From Moorena sp. SIO3I8 (GTDB taxonomy: Bacteria; Cyanobacteriota; Cyanobacteriia; Cyanobacteriales; Coleofasciculaceae), in contig NZ_JAAHHW010000027.1 in the NCBI RefSeq assembly GCF_010692325.1, forward strand, positions 2,640 to 66,639: a stretch of DNA of 64,000 nt, read 5' to 3'. A model generated the notes under the pieces. That model saw nothing but the letters and a program-made list of their open reading frames with translations. It did no database searches and had not been told where the DNA came from. The number at the start of each line of letters is the position of its first letter. Within the stretch, counting starts at the first letter, position 1. This document shows, one piece after another, positions 53,927 through 64,000 of the stretch. The position numbers and the translations under genes are program-made.

Positions 53927-56900
53927 ATGAGACTAAAATTGAGCTGTCTTAACCTGTTGAGCCAGATCATGGGTAAGGGAAGATGGGCAGCAACTAAGTT
54001 TTTCCTGCTTGTTTGTTCTTCAACCTATTTGAGCTGTTGCCCGTTGCCAACCCCTGTGCAGGCGCAACCGATAGTTGAAGCCAACGATGGTACTGGTACT
54101 GTTGTCAACCCTGAGGGTAACCAATTCAACATTGATGGCGGTAAGCTGTCGGGAGATGGTGCGAATCTCTTTCACAGCTTCCAGAAATTTGGTCTGAGTG
54201 AAGGTCAGATTGCCATCTTTCTCTCTCATCCTAATATCCAAAATATCCTAGGGCGAGTGACTGGTGGTGATGCTTCTGTAATTAATGGCTTAATCCAGGT
54301 TACAGGGGGTAATTCCAATTTATTCCTGATCAACCCCGCTGGGATTGTCTTTGGTGCTGGTGCCAGCATCGATCTACCTGCTTCTTTTACCGCCACCACT
54401 GCTACTGGTATTGGTTTTGATGGCGGCTGGTTTAACGCCATTGGTAGCAATGACTATGCTTCTTTGGTAGGCAAGCCCAATACTTTTGATTTTGCTGTTT
54501 CCCAACCAGGTGGGATCATCAATTTAGCTGATTTAGCAGTTAAAGAGGGGCAGAATTTAACCTTAGTAGGTGGTACTGTTGTCAGTAATGGCACTCTTAC
54601 TGCATCTGGTGGTCAAGTTACTATTGAGGCTGTGCCTGGAGAAAATTTACTCCGTATTTCCCAGCCAGGTAATATTCTGAGTTTAGAAGTTTCCCCCTCT
54701 GCCACTGTTCCCTTCACTCCCCTTTCCCTACCCGAACTGCTGACAGTTGGCGGCGGTGATGCTACAGCAATTGAGGTAAATCGTGAGGGTACAGTACAAC
54801 TGATCGGTTCTGGTATCCAGGTGGAAGATGGCGATGTAGTAGTGCAGGATATCAGCGCTGGTCAGCAAGTAGTTATTGAAGCAGAAGGTAATATTCGGAC
54901 AGCATCAGTTACCTCGGATGGTGGAAGAATTTTCCTCAATAGTAGAGAAGGAGGGATTGATACTAGTAGTGGCACGTTGGATTCAACGGCGGTAAGTGGT
55001 GATAGTGGAAATATTGACCTAAAAGCAAAAGATAATATCACTACCGGAAGTATCAATGCTTCCAGTAATAATGGTGATGGTGGTGATATTACTGCCGTAA
55101 GCGATAGAGGAAGTATTGATACTAGTGCTGGGGTAGTTGATTCTTCCTCTGTGGAAGGTAAAGGAGGAGAGGTTCAATTATTCGCTACCGAGGGAAGTAT
55201 TAATCCTGGCGATGTAGTAGTGCAGGATATCAGCGCTGGTCAGCAAGTAGTTATTGAAGCAGACGGTAATATTCGGACAGCATCAATTACCTCGGATGGT
55301 GGAAGAATTTTCCTCAATAGTAGAAAAGGAGAGATTGATACTAGTAGTGGCACACTGGATTCAACGGCGGTAAGTGGTGATAGTGGAAATATTGACCTTA
55401 AAGCAGAAGGTAATATCACTACCGGGAGTCTCAATGCTTCCAGTAATAATGGTGATGGTGGTGATATTACTGCTGTTAGCGATACAGGAAATATTGATAC
55501 TAGTGCTGGGGTAGTTGATTCTTCCTCTGTGGAAGGTAAAGGAGGAGAGGTTCAATTATTCGCTACAGAGGGAAGTATTAATGCTGGTGATATAAATGCT
55601 GCTAGTAGCAATGGTGAGAGTGGCAATGTTACTCTTGTTGCTGGTAGTGACATCAGTAAAGGAAATGTTACTGCTACTTCTACTATTATTTCCATTCTAG
55701 ATTTCAGAAACCAGAATTCTACTATAAAAAGTTCAGAATCTCCAGTCTCACCAATACCTGAACCTCCACCTTTTTTAGATCTAGATCCACCCACGATTGA
55801 ACCTCCTTCAGTCATCGTCTCAGAGCCATTACCACCGCTACCACCAGCAAATATAGGTATTCCACCACTACCACCACCAGAACCTCCAACACAAGAAGAG
55901 CCAGTTTTTCAACCAGTACCACCGCCAGAACCTCCAACAACATCAGATTTAGGTATTCCACCACGACCACCACTACCACCGCCAGAACCTCCAAAACCGG
56001 TAATTCCTGCACCTATAAATCCTGTAAATCCTTCAAATCCTTCCCCAACAACACCATCACCAAGGTCAGACAATCAAAACTCTGCCTTGCCAACCCAAGT
56101 TAATCGATCAGATGTGGCGGTCAATCAGAGCAAGAGGTCAAACAAGACTCCAGCAATTGAACTAGAACGACTGACAATCCTGGTACTGGAAATTACAGAG
56201 TGTCTGGCAGAAGAACAATTGCTCAGAAATCCTCAAGGATTTTCTATACAAGTTGCTGCCAAAGATTACACTAAAGCTGCCGAATGCTATGACAAAAATT
56301 TAGAATTTGCACGAAAAACTGGCGATCAATTGCGAGAAGCAAAAGCTTTGCATAACCTCGGAGTAACTCACTATAGATTGGGAGACTATGGCAAAGCTAT
56401 AGACTATCATAAGCAGCATTTTAATCTTGCCCAATCAGACCCAAACTTAAGAAGAAAACCACAAGCTTTTAGTGGTTTAGGAGCCGCTTATGGCGCAATA
56501 GGAAACTATGACAAAGCTATTGAATACTATAAACAGGGTCTAGAACTAGTAAACTCAACCAATGAGTCTGAGCTGGAAAGGAATATAGTAAGCAATCTCG
56601 GATTAGCTTACTACGCTAAGAAGGAATATACCAAAGCACTTGAATACAAAGAAAAAAGTTTAGCGATCGCTAAAACATCCGATAACCTACCTGGAAAGGC
56701 AAGAGCATTATCTAATTTGAGCTTGCTGTACTATACTCTGACCGACTATAACCAAGCAATTGAATACTCTCAGCAGAGTTTAGCGATCGCACAAAAACTG
56801 CAAGATAACTATGGAGAGTTAGTAGCCCTAGAAAATTTGGGAATAATTTACCATGCTCTAGAAGACTACAACCAAGCAGTAAACTACCAACGCCAGAGTT

Positions 56901-58153
56901 TAGAAATTGCCAAGCAACTAGGTGATCGCCACGCCGAGGGACGAGCTTTGAGCAACTTAGGTGATGCTCTCTACAAAGCCGGAAATCCTCAAGAAGCAAA
57001 TGAGGCTCTATTTGCTGCCATTGAAATTTGGGAGTCTTTGCGGTCGAACTTAGGCAGCAATGACCTTGAGAGAGTATCAATATTTGAAACTCATCAAACA
57101 ACTTATAGCGCTTTACAAGAGTATTTAGTAGAACTAAAACAATTCAATCAAGCCCTAGAAATTACCGAAAGAGGAAGAGCAAGAGCTTTTGTTGAACTAT
57201 TAGCAAGAGGTTTATCAGAGTCTGAATCAAAACTCAAAACTAATAAACCGATTGCTCCTCCGACTATCAAACAAATCAAAAAAATTACTGAAGAACAAAA
57301 CTCGACAATAGTTTTATACTCGATTATCAAAGAATTCGTCGAAGCCCAAGGTGTGCGGCAACTTCAAGACAAAGAGCTTTACATTTGGGTAATTAAACCT
57401 ACAGGGAAAATCGCTTTTCGTCAGGTTGATTTAACTAATCTGGATACATCTCTGAAAGAATTGGTTGTTATCACTCGTAAATCGATTTTTTTAAGAAGAA
57501 GCCCATCCCTAGTTGATTTAGTTCCCAGAGAAAGATTGACTAAAACAGAGAGAGCTGGTCAAACTGAACGATTAAAACAACTGCATCAACTGCTCATTGA
57601 ACCAATTGCCGAACTCTTACCTACTAATCCGGAAGCTCGTGTCACCTTTATTCCCCACGAATCCTTGTTTCTAGTACCTTTCCCAGCACTACAAGACGCT
57701 TCTGGTCAATACCTGATCGAAAAACATACTATGCTCACTGCTCCCTCTATTCAGGTGCTGGATTTAACTAACCAGCAACGGCAACTGGTTTCTGGAGAAG
57801 AGATGCTAGTAATTGGTAATCCCACTATGCCTCAAGGTTTGCCCCCTCTTCCTGGAACAGAAACAGAAGCGCTAGCGATCGCTGAGATGTTCAATACTCA
57901 AGCCCTGATTGGCAATCAAGCCACCAAGAAAGCAGTTGTTGAGCAAATGTCAAGGGCAAAGATCATACATCTAGCTACTCACGGCTTACTGAATGACTTC
58001 CAGGGATTAGGTTTACCAGGAGCGATCGCCCTTGCTCCGACTAAAACAGATAAGGGTTTGTCAAGAAATAAGTTCATGGTTTTTGAGCAGATTGAGACCG
58101 AGGATGAATCATGTAATTCCACTGGGGACAAATGGGACGATGGGTCAAGTTGA
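53927..58153 (+). CDS. Large secreted protein: filamentous-haemagglutinin-type TPS (two-partner secretion) N-terminal domain, near-identical 126-aa tandem repeat, Pro-rich linker, TPR array and CHAT (caspase-like) domain; the 3' end is truncated by an IS insertion
   Basis: TPS/haemagglutination-activity motif region [12 protein letters not shown]...[11 protein letters not shown]...[13 protein letters not shown] repeats span ~56.2-57.2 kb. The CHAT N-terminal half ends HLATHGLL...APTKTDKG and then reads into IS sequence. Confidence 0.8.
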   Translation: MRLKLSCLNLLSQIMGKGRWAATKFFLLVCSSTYLSCCPLPTPVQAQPIVEANDGTGTVVNPEGNQFNIDGGKLSGDGANLFHSFQKFGLSEGQIAIFLSHPNIQNILGRVTGGDASVINGLIQVTGGNSNLFLINPAGIVFGAGASIDLPASFTATTATGIGFDGGWFNAIGSNDYASLVGKPNTFDFAVSQPGGIINLADLAVKEGQNLTLVGGTVVSNGTLTASGGQVTIEAVPGENLLRISQPGNILSLEVSPSATVPFTPLSLPELLTVGGGDATAIEVNREGTVQLIGSGIQVEDGDVVVQDISAGQQVVIEAEGNIRTASVTSDGGRIFLNSREGGIDTSSGTLDSTAVSGDSGNIDLKAKDNITTGSINASSNNGDGGDITAVSDRGSIDTSAGVVDSSSVEGKGGEVQLFATEGSINPGDVVVQDISAGQQVVIEADGNIRTASITSDGGRIFLNSRKGEIDTSSGTLDSTAVSGDSGNIDLKAEGNITTGSLNASSNNGDGGDITAVSDTGNIDTSAGVVDSSSVEGKGGEVQLFATEGSINAGDINAASSNGESGNVTLVAGSDISKGNVTATSTIISILDFRNQNSTIKSSESPVSPIPEPPPFLDLDPPTIEPPSVIVSEPLPPLPPANIGIPPLPPPEPPTQEEPVFQPVPPPEPPTTSDLGIPPRPPLPPPEPPKPVIPAPINPVNPSNPSPTTPSPRSDNQNSALPTQVNRSDVAVNQSKRSNKTPAIELERLTILVLEITECLAEEQLLRNPQGFSIQVAAKDYTKAAECYDKNLEFARKTGDQLREAKALHNLGVTHYRLGDYGKAIDYHKQHFNLAQSDPNLRRKPQAFSGLGAAYGAIGNYDKAIEYYKQGLELVNSTNESELERNIVSNLGLAYYAKKEYTKALEYKEKSLAIAKTSDNLPGKARALSNLSLLYYTLTDYNQAIEYSQQSLAIAQKLQDNYGELVALENLGIIYHALEDYNQAVNYQRQSLEIAKQLGDRHAEGRALSNLGDALYKAGNPQEANEALFAAIEIWESLRSNLGSNDLERVSIFETHQTTYSALQEYLVELKQFNQALEITERGRARAFVELLARGLSESESKLKTNKPIAPPTIKQIKKITEEQNSTIVLYSIIKEFVEAQGVRQLQDKELYIWVIKPTGKIAFRQVDLTNLDTSLKELVVITRKSIFLRRSPSLVDLVPRERLTKTERAGQTERLKQLHQLLIEPIAELLPTNPEARVTFIPHESLFLVPFPALQDASGQYLIEKHTMLTAPSIQVLDLTNQQRQLVSGEEMLVIGNPTMPQGLPPLPGTETEALAIAEMFNTQALIGNQATKKAVVEQMSRAKIIHLATHGLLNDFQGLGLPGAIALAPTKTDKGLSRNKFMVFEQIETEDESCNSTGDKWDDGSS

Positions 58154-59413
58154 GTGCTGCCATTTGTTGATCTGAAACTTTGATTCGAGTGGGGTAGACT
58201 CCCTTGATTTGAGCTGCTTTCACCCTCAGTCCTGTTTGTGTAGTCGTTCCACGAATCAGAGCAGTCATCTGAGCCAAGGAACGCAGTGGTTTTCCTGCCC
58301 AATTGAGTGAGATAAAGCTGAAGAGGCGATGCTCAATTGGGTTCCATTTAGAAGCTCCTGAGGGATAGTGACAGACCATAACTGTGATTTCGTGTGGGTC
58401 CGCCAATTTTTCCTGTAATTGGAGTTTCCAGTTGCGAACCCGATAACCGTTACTCCCACCTGAATCACACAGAATCAAGATTTTGCTTTCATCAGCAAAA
58501 CGAGGTCGGTCTTTTCGTTTAAACCAGCGCACGATGGCATCGACAGCAAAAGCTGCCGTATCTCCAGAAGTACCCACATAAACATAACCTTGATTGTGAA
58601 CCAAGTCGTAGATGCCATAAGGGACGGCTTTAGCCAAGGCATCTTTGGGAAAGTCATGGTCGTTGACTGCTTCGGCTTGCTGAGTCCACTCTTGCCCAGG
58701 GTTTTTGAAATTCCCAATTAGCTCTTTCTTCTTGGTATCGACACTGAGCACCGGATGTCCGGCTTTGATAAAGCGTTCTTTGACTCGCTCCAGGTAACGG
58801 AATTGCTGGTCACGCTGAGGATGCTGGGTGGTCGCAACCGACTTGCGGTTTGCTTTGAGGGAATAGCCCAACTGTTTCAACAGTCGTCTAATGCTGGTAT
58901 GACTCACCAGAAAACCGATACTGGCCAACCTGGCTTTGATGCTCCGCAAACTCTGACGAATCCATTTGCAAGCACCACTTGGGTCTCCTGCTACATCTGC
59001 TTCTACTACTGCTTGCAAGCTTGCCGAGACTCCTTCGAGTTTTTTTCTACCCGTTTGCGTCCACCCCCTGCCAATCGAATTCGCTCTGTTGGACGATTGA
59101 CTAACCCCTGATCAAGTTCTCGTCGCCCTCGTCGAATCGTGTTGATATCTAACCCTGTGACCTCACTCATCCTCTGAGTCCCCCCATGCCCTAACTTTTT
59201 CGCTTCTAAAGCCGCTAGCCATCGCCGTTGCTGTTCATCCAGGCGGCTCATCAACAGATTGAGTTGCTGATGTTGCTTTTGGATGGTTTTGTTTCCCTGC
59301 TGACACTCCCAACACTTGCACTGATTAATGTTTTGCCTCCCCATATGAGTACTCCGATTCTGATATTAGACTCCCTTGTCTAATTCTAAAACCATGAAGT
59401 TGTTTTTTAACAA
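58058..59413 (-). mobile_element. ISAzo13-family insertion sequence (DDE transposase in two overlapping frames) inserted in the CHAT domain
   Basis: Imperfect ~35-bp terminal inverted repeats (ttgtcaagaaataagttcatggttttt / revcomp ttgttaaaaaacaacttcatggtttta). ORF 59006..59344 has an HTH N-terminus (LDEQQRRWLAALEAKKLGHGG...). ORF 58074..59018 has the DDE core (...HYPSGASKWNPIEHRLFS...). Flanking sequence ataagggttt / ctaaaggttt looks like a short target duplication. Confidence 0.75.
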
Positions 59414-59754
59414 GCCCTAAAGGTTTTCTCAGTGCCAGTGAAATACTCGACCTCAAGCTTAGTGCTGAGTTAGTAGTTTTAAGTGCTTGCAACACTGGTA
59501 GAGGTAGAGTTACCAGTGATGGCGTGATTGGATTATCCCGTTCTTTAGTTGCTGCTGGTGTACCTAGTGTGGTTGTTTCCCTCTGGAAAGTACCTGATGA
59601 CTCCACAGCTGACCTGATGATTGAATTCTATCGCCAGCTACAACAAACACCTGACAAAGCAGTTGCTCTGCGTCAAGCCATGCTTACGACTCTTAAACAG
59701 TACCCAAATCCAGTGGAATGGGCGGCTTTTACCCTGATTGGGGAAGCGGAGTAA
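59414..59754 (+). pseudogene. Detached C-terminal fragment of the CHAT domain belonging to the 53927 gene
   Basis: Translation ...KGFLSASEILDLKLSAELVVLSACNTGRG...GLSRSLVAAGVPSVVVSLWKVPD... continues the CHAT domain exactly where the upstream ORF leaves it. It includes the catalytic Cys of the LSAC motif. Confidence 0.75.
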
Positions 59755-59841
59755 TCAAGCAGTTGCAGGAGTTCAGAATCACAGAGTTTAGGATTGCTAT
59801 AGTTTCCTAAGGGTGATAAATCTGTACACAATAATAAACCG

Positions 59842-60321
59842 ATGAACACTGAGCTCCAATTTCCTTGGCAACAAGACCCAGTAATTCGCCAGAGCCAACG
59901 TCTAATCAATAGCTTTCATCATTGGACAGGGCATTCTCTAATCGATACCAGTGGCTTACCTATCGAAATTGCACAGGCACTATTTGAAGCTCCCTTTGCC
60001 GTCTTCTCTCACAACACTGAATCAGACCCCATTTACAACTATGGCAATCGGAAAGCTTTGGAATTGTGGGAAATGGATTGGAACCAATTGACTCAGATGC
60101 CTTCGAGATATTCAGCTGAGCCAATGGAAAGGGAGGAGCGCTTACGCCTGCTTAACCAAGTGACAAGCCAGGGCTATATTAGCAACTCTCAAGGTGTCCG
60201 CATTTCTAGCACTGGTAAACGGTTCCAGATTTTAGATTTTATCGTCTGGAATCTCATTGATGAGGAAAATAACTATTGTGGTCAAGGGGCTACGTTTTCC
60301 CAGTGGATACGGATTAATTGA
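59842..60321 (+). CDS. MEKHLA-domain protein (PAS-like)
   Basis: FSHNTESDPIYNYGNRKALELWEMDWNQLTQMPSRYSAEP...YCGQGATFSQW matches the MEKHLA consensus of cyanobacteria and plant HD-ZIP III proteins. Confidence 0.75.
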   Translation: MNTELQFPWQQDPVIRQSQRLINSFHHWTGHSLIDTSGLPIEIAQALFEAPFAVFSHNTESDPIYNYGNRKALELWEMDWNQLTQMPSRYSAEPMEREERLRLLNQVTSQGYISNSQGVRISSTGKRFQILDFIVWNLIDEENNYCGQGATFSQWIRIN

Positions 60322-60803
60322 CGATGTCGCGCACTTAAATTGTCGATTTTTGAGTAAGGGAGAAAAACTACAAAGTCCTTTCCCTTACTCCTGAGTACCC
60401 CTGCCCCCTTACCAATTCAATCAAAGAAATCAAATCATTTGTAGCATTAATAGTGCTAATTCATAGTGCTAATTCATAGTGCTAATTCAGATTATATGCC
60501 TCACAGGTTACTTCCCCTTCTTGCAGTATCTTCCCCCACTTCCCGTCTCTTCCCGATCTCCATAAATCATCCCGCTACAATTACAACGCCGTTATTTGGG
60601 TCGGACTAGTCGGGAACTCTATATGTAACTGGTATATCTAACTGGCATCACAGAAGTCCATGTTGTTCAATGATTCTAACCCATAATGAACAGCTCTAGG
60701 GTATTCCATCACTGAGTCAATAGACTCTGGCACTATAACTGTACTTGGTATTGCCTATTGGTGGCATGATTTAGCCAAGTCTTACCTAAAGACCTTCCTC
60801 ATC

Positions 60804-61316
60804 TTGATCACTCATCAAACCGAAAGCCATATTGGGAATGAAAACTATGGAATAAAAACTATGATAAAAGCCAGGCTTTTCGGCAAAACTAGGTTGCCCA
60901 AACCATTTGTTTGGACAGTCATTTTTATCTGCATTTTACCCTATATTCTGCATCAATTAGGGGTTGATTTTAGTACCCATCAGGAACTGTTTGACCTCTC
61001 GGCAGCCTCTGAATGGGAACCCCATGAAGTTAATGATGCCATGCACTCGGTCTTTTCCGGAAGTTTTGTACACACACTCCTGGAGTGGAGTGGTGTCTGT
61101 ACAGCGTTTTTTACTGTTTGCTTAGCCTTCACGAACTACAGCATCACCAAAGACCCAATCGTTCCTATCATCGGCGTATCACTTTTTTTTGCTGGTGTGA
61201 TAAATGCCTTTCATACTCTGGCTGCTGACCGCTTAATTGATGTTGTCGCCGATAATCGTAATTTAACTAGCTCGGCGGGAATTCCCACGCTTAAGCCACA
61301 GCTTAGCGTGGGATGA
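60804..61316 (+). CDS. Hypothetical membrane protein; its last ~10 codons run into the IS200/IS605 left end
   Basis: 170-aa ORF with several hydrophobic helices. Confidence 0.4.
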   Translation: MITHQTESHIGNENYGIKTMIKARLFGKTRLPKPFVWTVIFICILPYILHQLGVDFSTHQELFDLSAASEWEPHEVNDAMHSVFSGSFVHTLLEWSGVCTAFFTVCLAFTNYSITKDPIVPIIGVSLFFAGVINAFHTLAADRLIDVVADNRNLTSSAGIPTLKPQLSVG

Positions 61317-61359
61317 AAGCCAGGTTGGGTGATGGGGTTCGATGCCCCATCACCCAACA

Positions 61360-61790
61360 TCAGTCAGGTCTGTCCTGACTCTGAACGTATTCTTTGAGTT
61401 GTTCAACGGTAACCCCTCCACAACTAGCAATGAAGTAGCCGCCAGTCCAGAACACTTTTTTCGAGTAATACTTATTCACTTGATCGGGAAATTATTTCCG
61501 TAGGTATCGACTGGAAACGGTCTTGAGATTATTGATTAGTTTGCTCAGCTGAGTCTGGGGATTGTATTGGATCAATAAATGAACGTGATCCGCTTCACCA
61601 TTGAACTCGACCAAACTACCTTCCCACTTAGACATCAGTTCTGAAAATATTGATTCTACGCGGGTTAGCATCACCCCTGTGAAGACTTTACGCCGGTATT
61701 TTGGGACTAACACGTTGAGGAGCTTTCAAGTTTGAAACGCCTCTAGCACGGTGGATATCATCTTTAGGCATGGGTTGACACTAATTCCTG
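61360..61790 (-). pseudogene. tnpA: IS200-type Y1 (HUH) transposase TnpA, inactivated
   Basis: ORF 61492..61713 carries ...VPKYRRKVF...HVHLLIQ...SRYLRK and then a TAA stop. The next in-frame codons continue the family C-terminus (FPDQVNKYYSKKVFWTGGYFIASCGGVTVEQLKEYVQSQ). The N-terminal region upstream of VPKYRRKV is also out of frame. Confidence 0.7.
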
Positions 61791-61842
61791 TGCTGGTGCT
61801 ATAATAACACTAAGCCCCGCAGTAATGGTCGGATCGGCCGCT

Positions 61843-63246
61843 ATGAAATCAACGCTTCAGTATCGAGCTTACTTAAACACTAAGCAAAAACTTGAGGCTA
61901 ATTATTGGCTTCGAGTGTGTCGCTATTGGTATAACCGCCAGCTCGGAGATCGTTTCGATTGGTGGGACAACAATAGAACCAAAGTCAACGCTTGTCCGTT
62001 AGTTTGCCCGTTACCTGAGCTCAGAGATCAGCCGACTAGATACGGTCAACAGTCACAATTGCCTGGACTCAAAACAGATCTGATCAAGGTGTTTCATAGC
62101 GGTGAGCTGTTGGACTTCACCCGATTAGATTCAACCGTTTTGCAGGATGTCTGCAAACGGGCTGACGATGCTTTCAAGCGTTATATATCGGGTGATTCCA
62201 ATGGCTTGCGTAGCGGTAAGCCACGGTTTAAGAACCAATCCAGCTACCGGACGATGGTGTTCGCAATGGTCAAACCAAGGTGGATTTATCTTGTCCGCAA
62301 AAACTGGCTCTATATCAAGCTTCCCAAGCTCGGAATGGTGAAGGTTCGGATGCACCGACCAATGCCGGATGGTGCCGTTGTCAAACGTGTTAGCTTGACT
62401 AAAAAAGCCGATGGTTGGTATATCAACCTGACCGTAGCAGATCCTACGGTGCCTAAGTTGACGCCTGATCAGATTGTCCCCACTTGGGATAACTCAATCG
62501 GTCTTGACGCAGTGCTAGAGGGCGATGACTACATTGCCACATCTGAAAATACCAAATACAAATCAGCTAAACCGCTGCGTAAGTCTTTACCAAAACTCAA
62601 GGCCGTCTCTGCTAAGAAATCATCGAAACGTAAAGGTTCTAAAGCCCGTCGCCAGCTAGCATTGCGTGAATCTCGAATACATCAACGCATTGCTAGGCAG
62701 CGCCAGAATCACCGTTACAACCTGGCTCACTTGCTGGTGAAAACCGGCAAGAAAGTGTTTTTCCTAGAGTTGCTAAATATCAAGGGACTGACAAAACGAA
62801 ATAAACCCAACAAAGCCGCTGATGGGACGTATTTGCCTAACGGCCAATCGGCTAAGTCTGGGCTGAACAAGTCTTGGTTAGACGCGGCGTTTGGTGAATT
62901 TATAACCACACTGGACTACATAGCCTCAAAAGCTGGAGCAGTGGTTATCAAACAAAAACCGGCGTATTCATCAATGATTCTGAGTTATCGGAACGAAGTT
63001 ATATTTACCGATTGCTCAATCAGAAAGTATTACGATCCGGTTGAAAAGGTTTTGGTTGACCGGGATGTGAATGCCGCAATCAACCTCAAACGACTTGGGC
63101 TGGGCGTTTTCCCAAGTATAAAACGGCGTAGTGGGAAGCTAGTCGTATCTGGCGATATGGACAATAGTACCACGAAGCAAATCGTGTCTATCCTAAGGGA
63201 CGGCACGGACACTCGATCGCTTCTCAGTCTTTGGCCTATGGCCTAG
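61843..63246 (+). CDS. tnpB: IS605 OrfB-family TnpB (RuvC-like RNA-guided nuclease homolog)
   Basis: N-terminus MKSTLQYRAYLNTKQK and RuvC-like motifs (IGLDA, FLELLNIKG, DRDVNAAINL). The usual CxxC...CxxC zinc finger is replaced by SSMILSYRNEVIFTDCSIRKYYDPV, which has a single Cys. Confidence 0.75.
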   Translation: MKSTLQYRAYLNTKQKLEANYWLRVCRYWYNRQLGDRFDWWDNNRTKVNACPLVCPLPELRDQPTRYGQQSQLPGLKTDLIKVFHSGELLDFTRLDSTVLQDVCKRADDAFKRYISGDSNGLRSGKPRFKNQSSYRTMVFAMVKPRWIYLVRKNWLYIKLPKLGMVKVRMHRPMPDGAVVKRVSLTKKADGWYINLTVADPTVPKLTPDQIVPTWDNSIGLDAVLEGDDYIATSENTKYKSAKPLRKSLPKLKAVSAKKSSKRKGSKARRQLALRESRIHQRIARQRQNHRYNLAHLLVKTGKKVFFLELLNIKGLTKRNKPNKAADGTYLPNGQSAKSGLNKSWLDAAFGEFITTLDYIASKAGAVVIKQKPAYSSMILSYRNEVIFTDCSIRKYYDPVEKVLVDRDVNAAINLKRLGLGVFPSIKRRSGKLVVSGDMDNSTTKQIVSILRDGTDTRSLLSLWPMA

Positions 63247-63652
63247 CCTTTGGCGAACGGATGAAGAAGCCCACGCTATAGCGCCAGCTTAGCGGTGGGA
63301 GTGCGTCACTTCCATTTACCTGGGCACTCTGTCGGCTTTTCAATGCACTAATCCTGATTCTAGGAACTAGCCTTTGCTCAAGGAGAAGCTGGGTAGAAAA
63401 AAACCAAACCAGGAGCTTGGGTTTTGTCATTATTGTCAGCTTGGGGTTTGGGTTGATTGCCTATGGTATAATTCCAGGGTAAACGCATCTAAATTTGTAT
63501 CAAAATTAACAGTTAAAAATTAAACAATAGTATCAAAAATCTAGAATTACCCGGTTGATTCTCAATAAGCGCCACTTATTCTCAATTATAGCAGTCGCCA
63601 GGGCAGGCGCGGACATGACAAAAGTCTCAAACCTAAGTAAGCGCAAGAGTTT

Positions 63653-63688
63653 GACTTCTGACTTCTGACTTCTGACTTCTGACTTCTG
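63653..63688. repeat. STRR heptamer tandem repeat (gacttct x5)
   Basis: Read directly. Confidence 0.85.
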
Positions 63689-64000
63689 CTATATTGGCTG
63701 TGTTATCCAAGGTCGATTTGAGAGTACTCTACATTCTGGTTTCGTACGGAAATCCGACTTTGATTCTTGTTTAAAGTCAGCGGAAAATTTGTTGACTTTG
63801 AACAAAAAAAACTGCTTTTAGGATGGGATTTATTCGAATTTAACAAAAAATTGAGTTAATCATTTTTTTTTCTGTTACCATTTATATCAAATAAGATGCG
63901 TTTACCCTGGCTTTTCTATTGCTTCTTGCCTATTCCCTATTCCCAATTGCGTATTCCTTATTGCGTATTCCCTATTTCCTATTTGGTATTTCCTATTCCC

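Larger units (their letters stand above)
61284..63310. mobile_element. IS200/IS605-family element (divergent tnpA pseudogene and tnpB) with similar subterminal hairpins at both ends in direct orientation
   Basis: LE hairpin cccacgct-N13-agcgtggg (61284-61312) plus a 14-bp perfect hairpin at 61324-61358. RE hairpin cccacgct...agcggtggg at ~63269-63299. Confidence 0.7.

Noticed and set aside
54020-57330. Numerous minus-strand ORFs (54020..54241, 54862..55056, 55240..55434, 55552..56012, 56712..57101 and others) inside the TPS/TPR/CHAT gene
   Set aside because: Antisense to a 1408-aa ORF with recognisable domains. The repetitive ones mirror the 378-bp tandem duplication.
1-64000. tRNA genes
   Set aside because: I scanned both strands for T-arm-like GGTTCRANTCC/GGANTYGAACC signatures and cloverleaf context. 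The only hits (e.g. ggggttcgatgcccc at 61334) are IS-end hairpins, so no credible tRNA was found.

Overview
The window is a chromosomal segment from a filamentous, probably heterocyst-forming, cyanobacterium. The evidence is the high density of HIP1 GCGATCGC octamers, the abundant STRR heptamer tandem repeats, and the cyanobacterial order of the ribosomal superoperon.

Coordinates ~2.0-21.2 kb carry the S10-spc-alpha ribosomal protein superoperon on the minus strand, in order: rplC-rplD-rplW-rplB-rpsS-rplV-rpsC-rplP-rpmC-rpsQ-rplN-rplX-rplE-rpsH-rplF-rplR-rpsE-rplO-secY-adk-infA-rpmJ-rpsM-rpsK-rpoA-rplQ-truA-rplM-rpsI-rpmE-prfA. As in cyanobacteria generally, rpsJ, rpsN and rpmD are not in this cluster and truA is embedded in it. 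A PAS/class-III adenylate cyclase gene lies upstream of the cluster on the plus strand.

The remaining 43 kb is more accessory in character. Its main features are:
- a CPA2/Kef-type antiporter;
- an 879-aa ORF (24388..27027) that looks like a full-length major vault protein (MVP) homolog, the most striking item in the window;
- a pentapeptide-repeat protein;
- a 960-aa fused B12-binding radical-SAM/DUF2344 protein that carries an in-frame insertion of a dispersed MITE-like repeat;
- a STAS anti-sigma-factor antagonist, amt, an RNase II/R family exoribonuclease, rpsR-rpmG, several hypothetical proteins, an OmpA-like protein, fmt, an SLC12-like permease, a CheY-like response regulator and uvrB;
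- a 1408-aa secreted TPS-domain/TPR/CHAT (caspase-like) protein whose CHAT domain is split by an ISAzo13-family IS;
- a MEKHLA-domain protein;
- an IS200/IS605 element with a decayed tnpA and an intact but zinc-finger-degenerate tnpB.

No tRNA, rRNA or CRISPR array was found.
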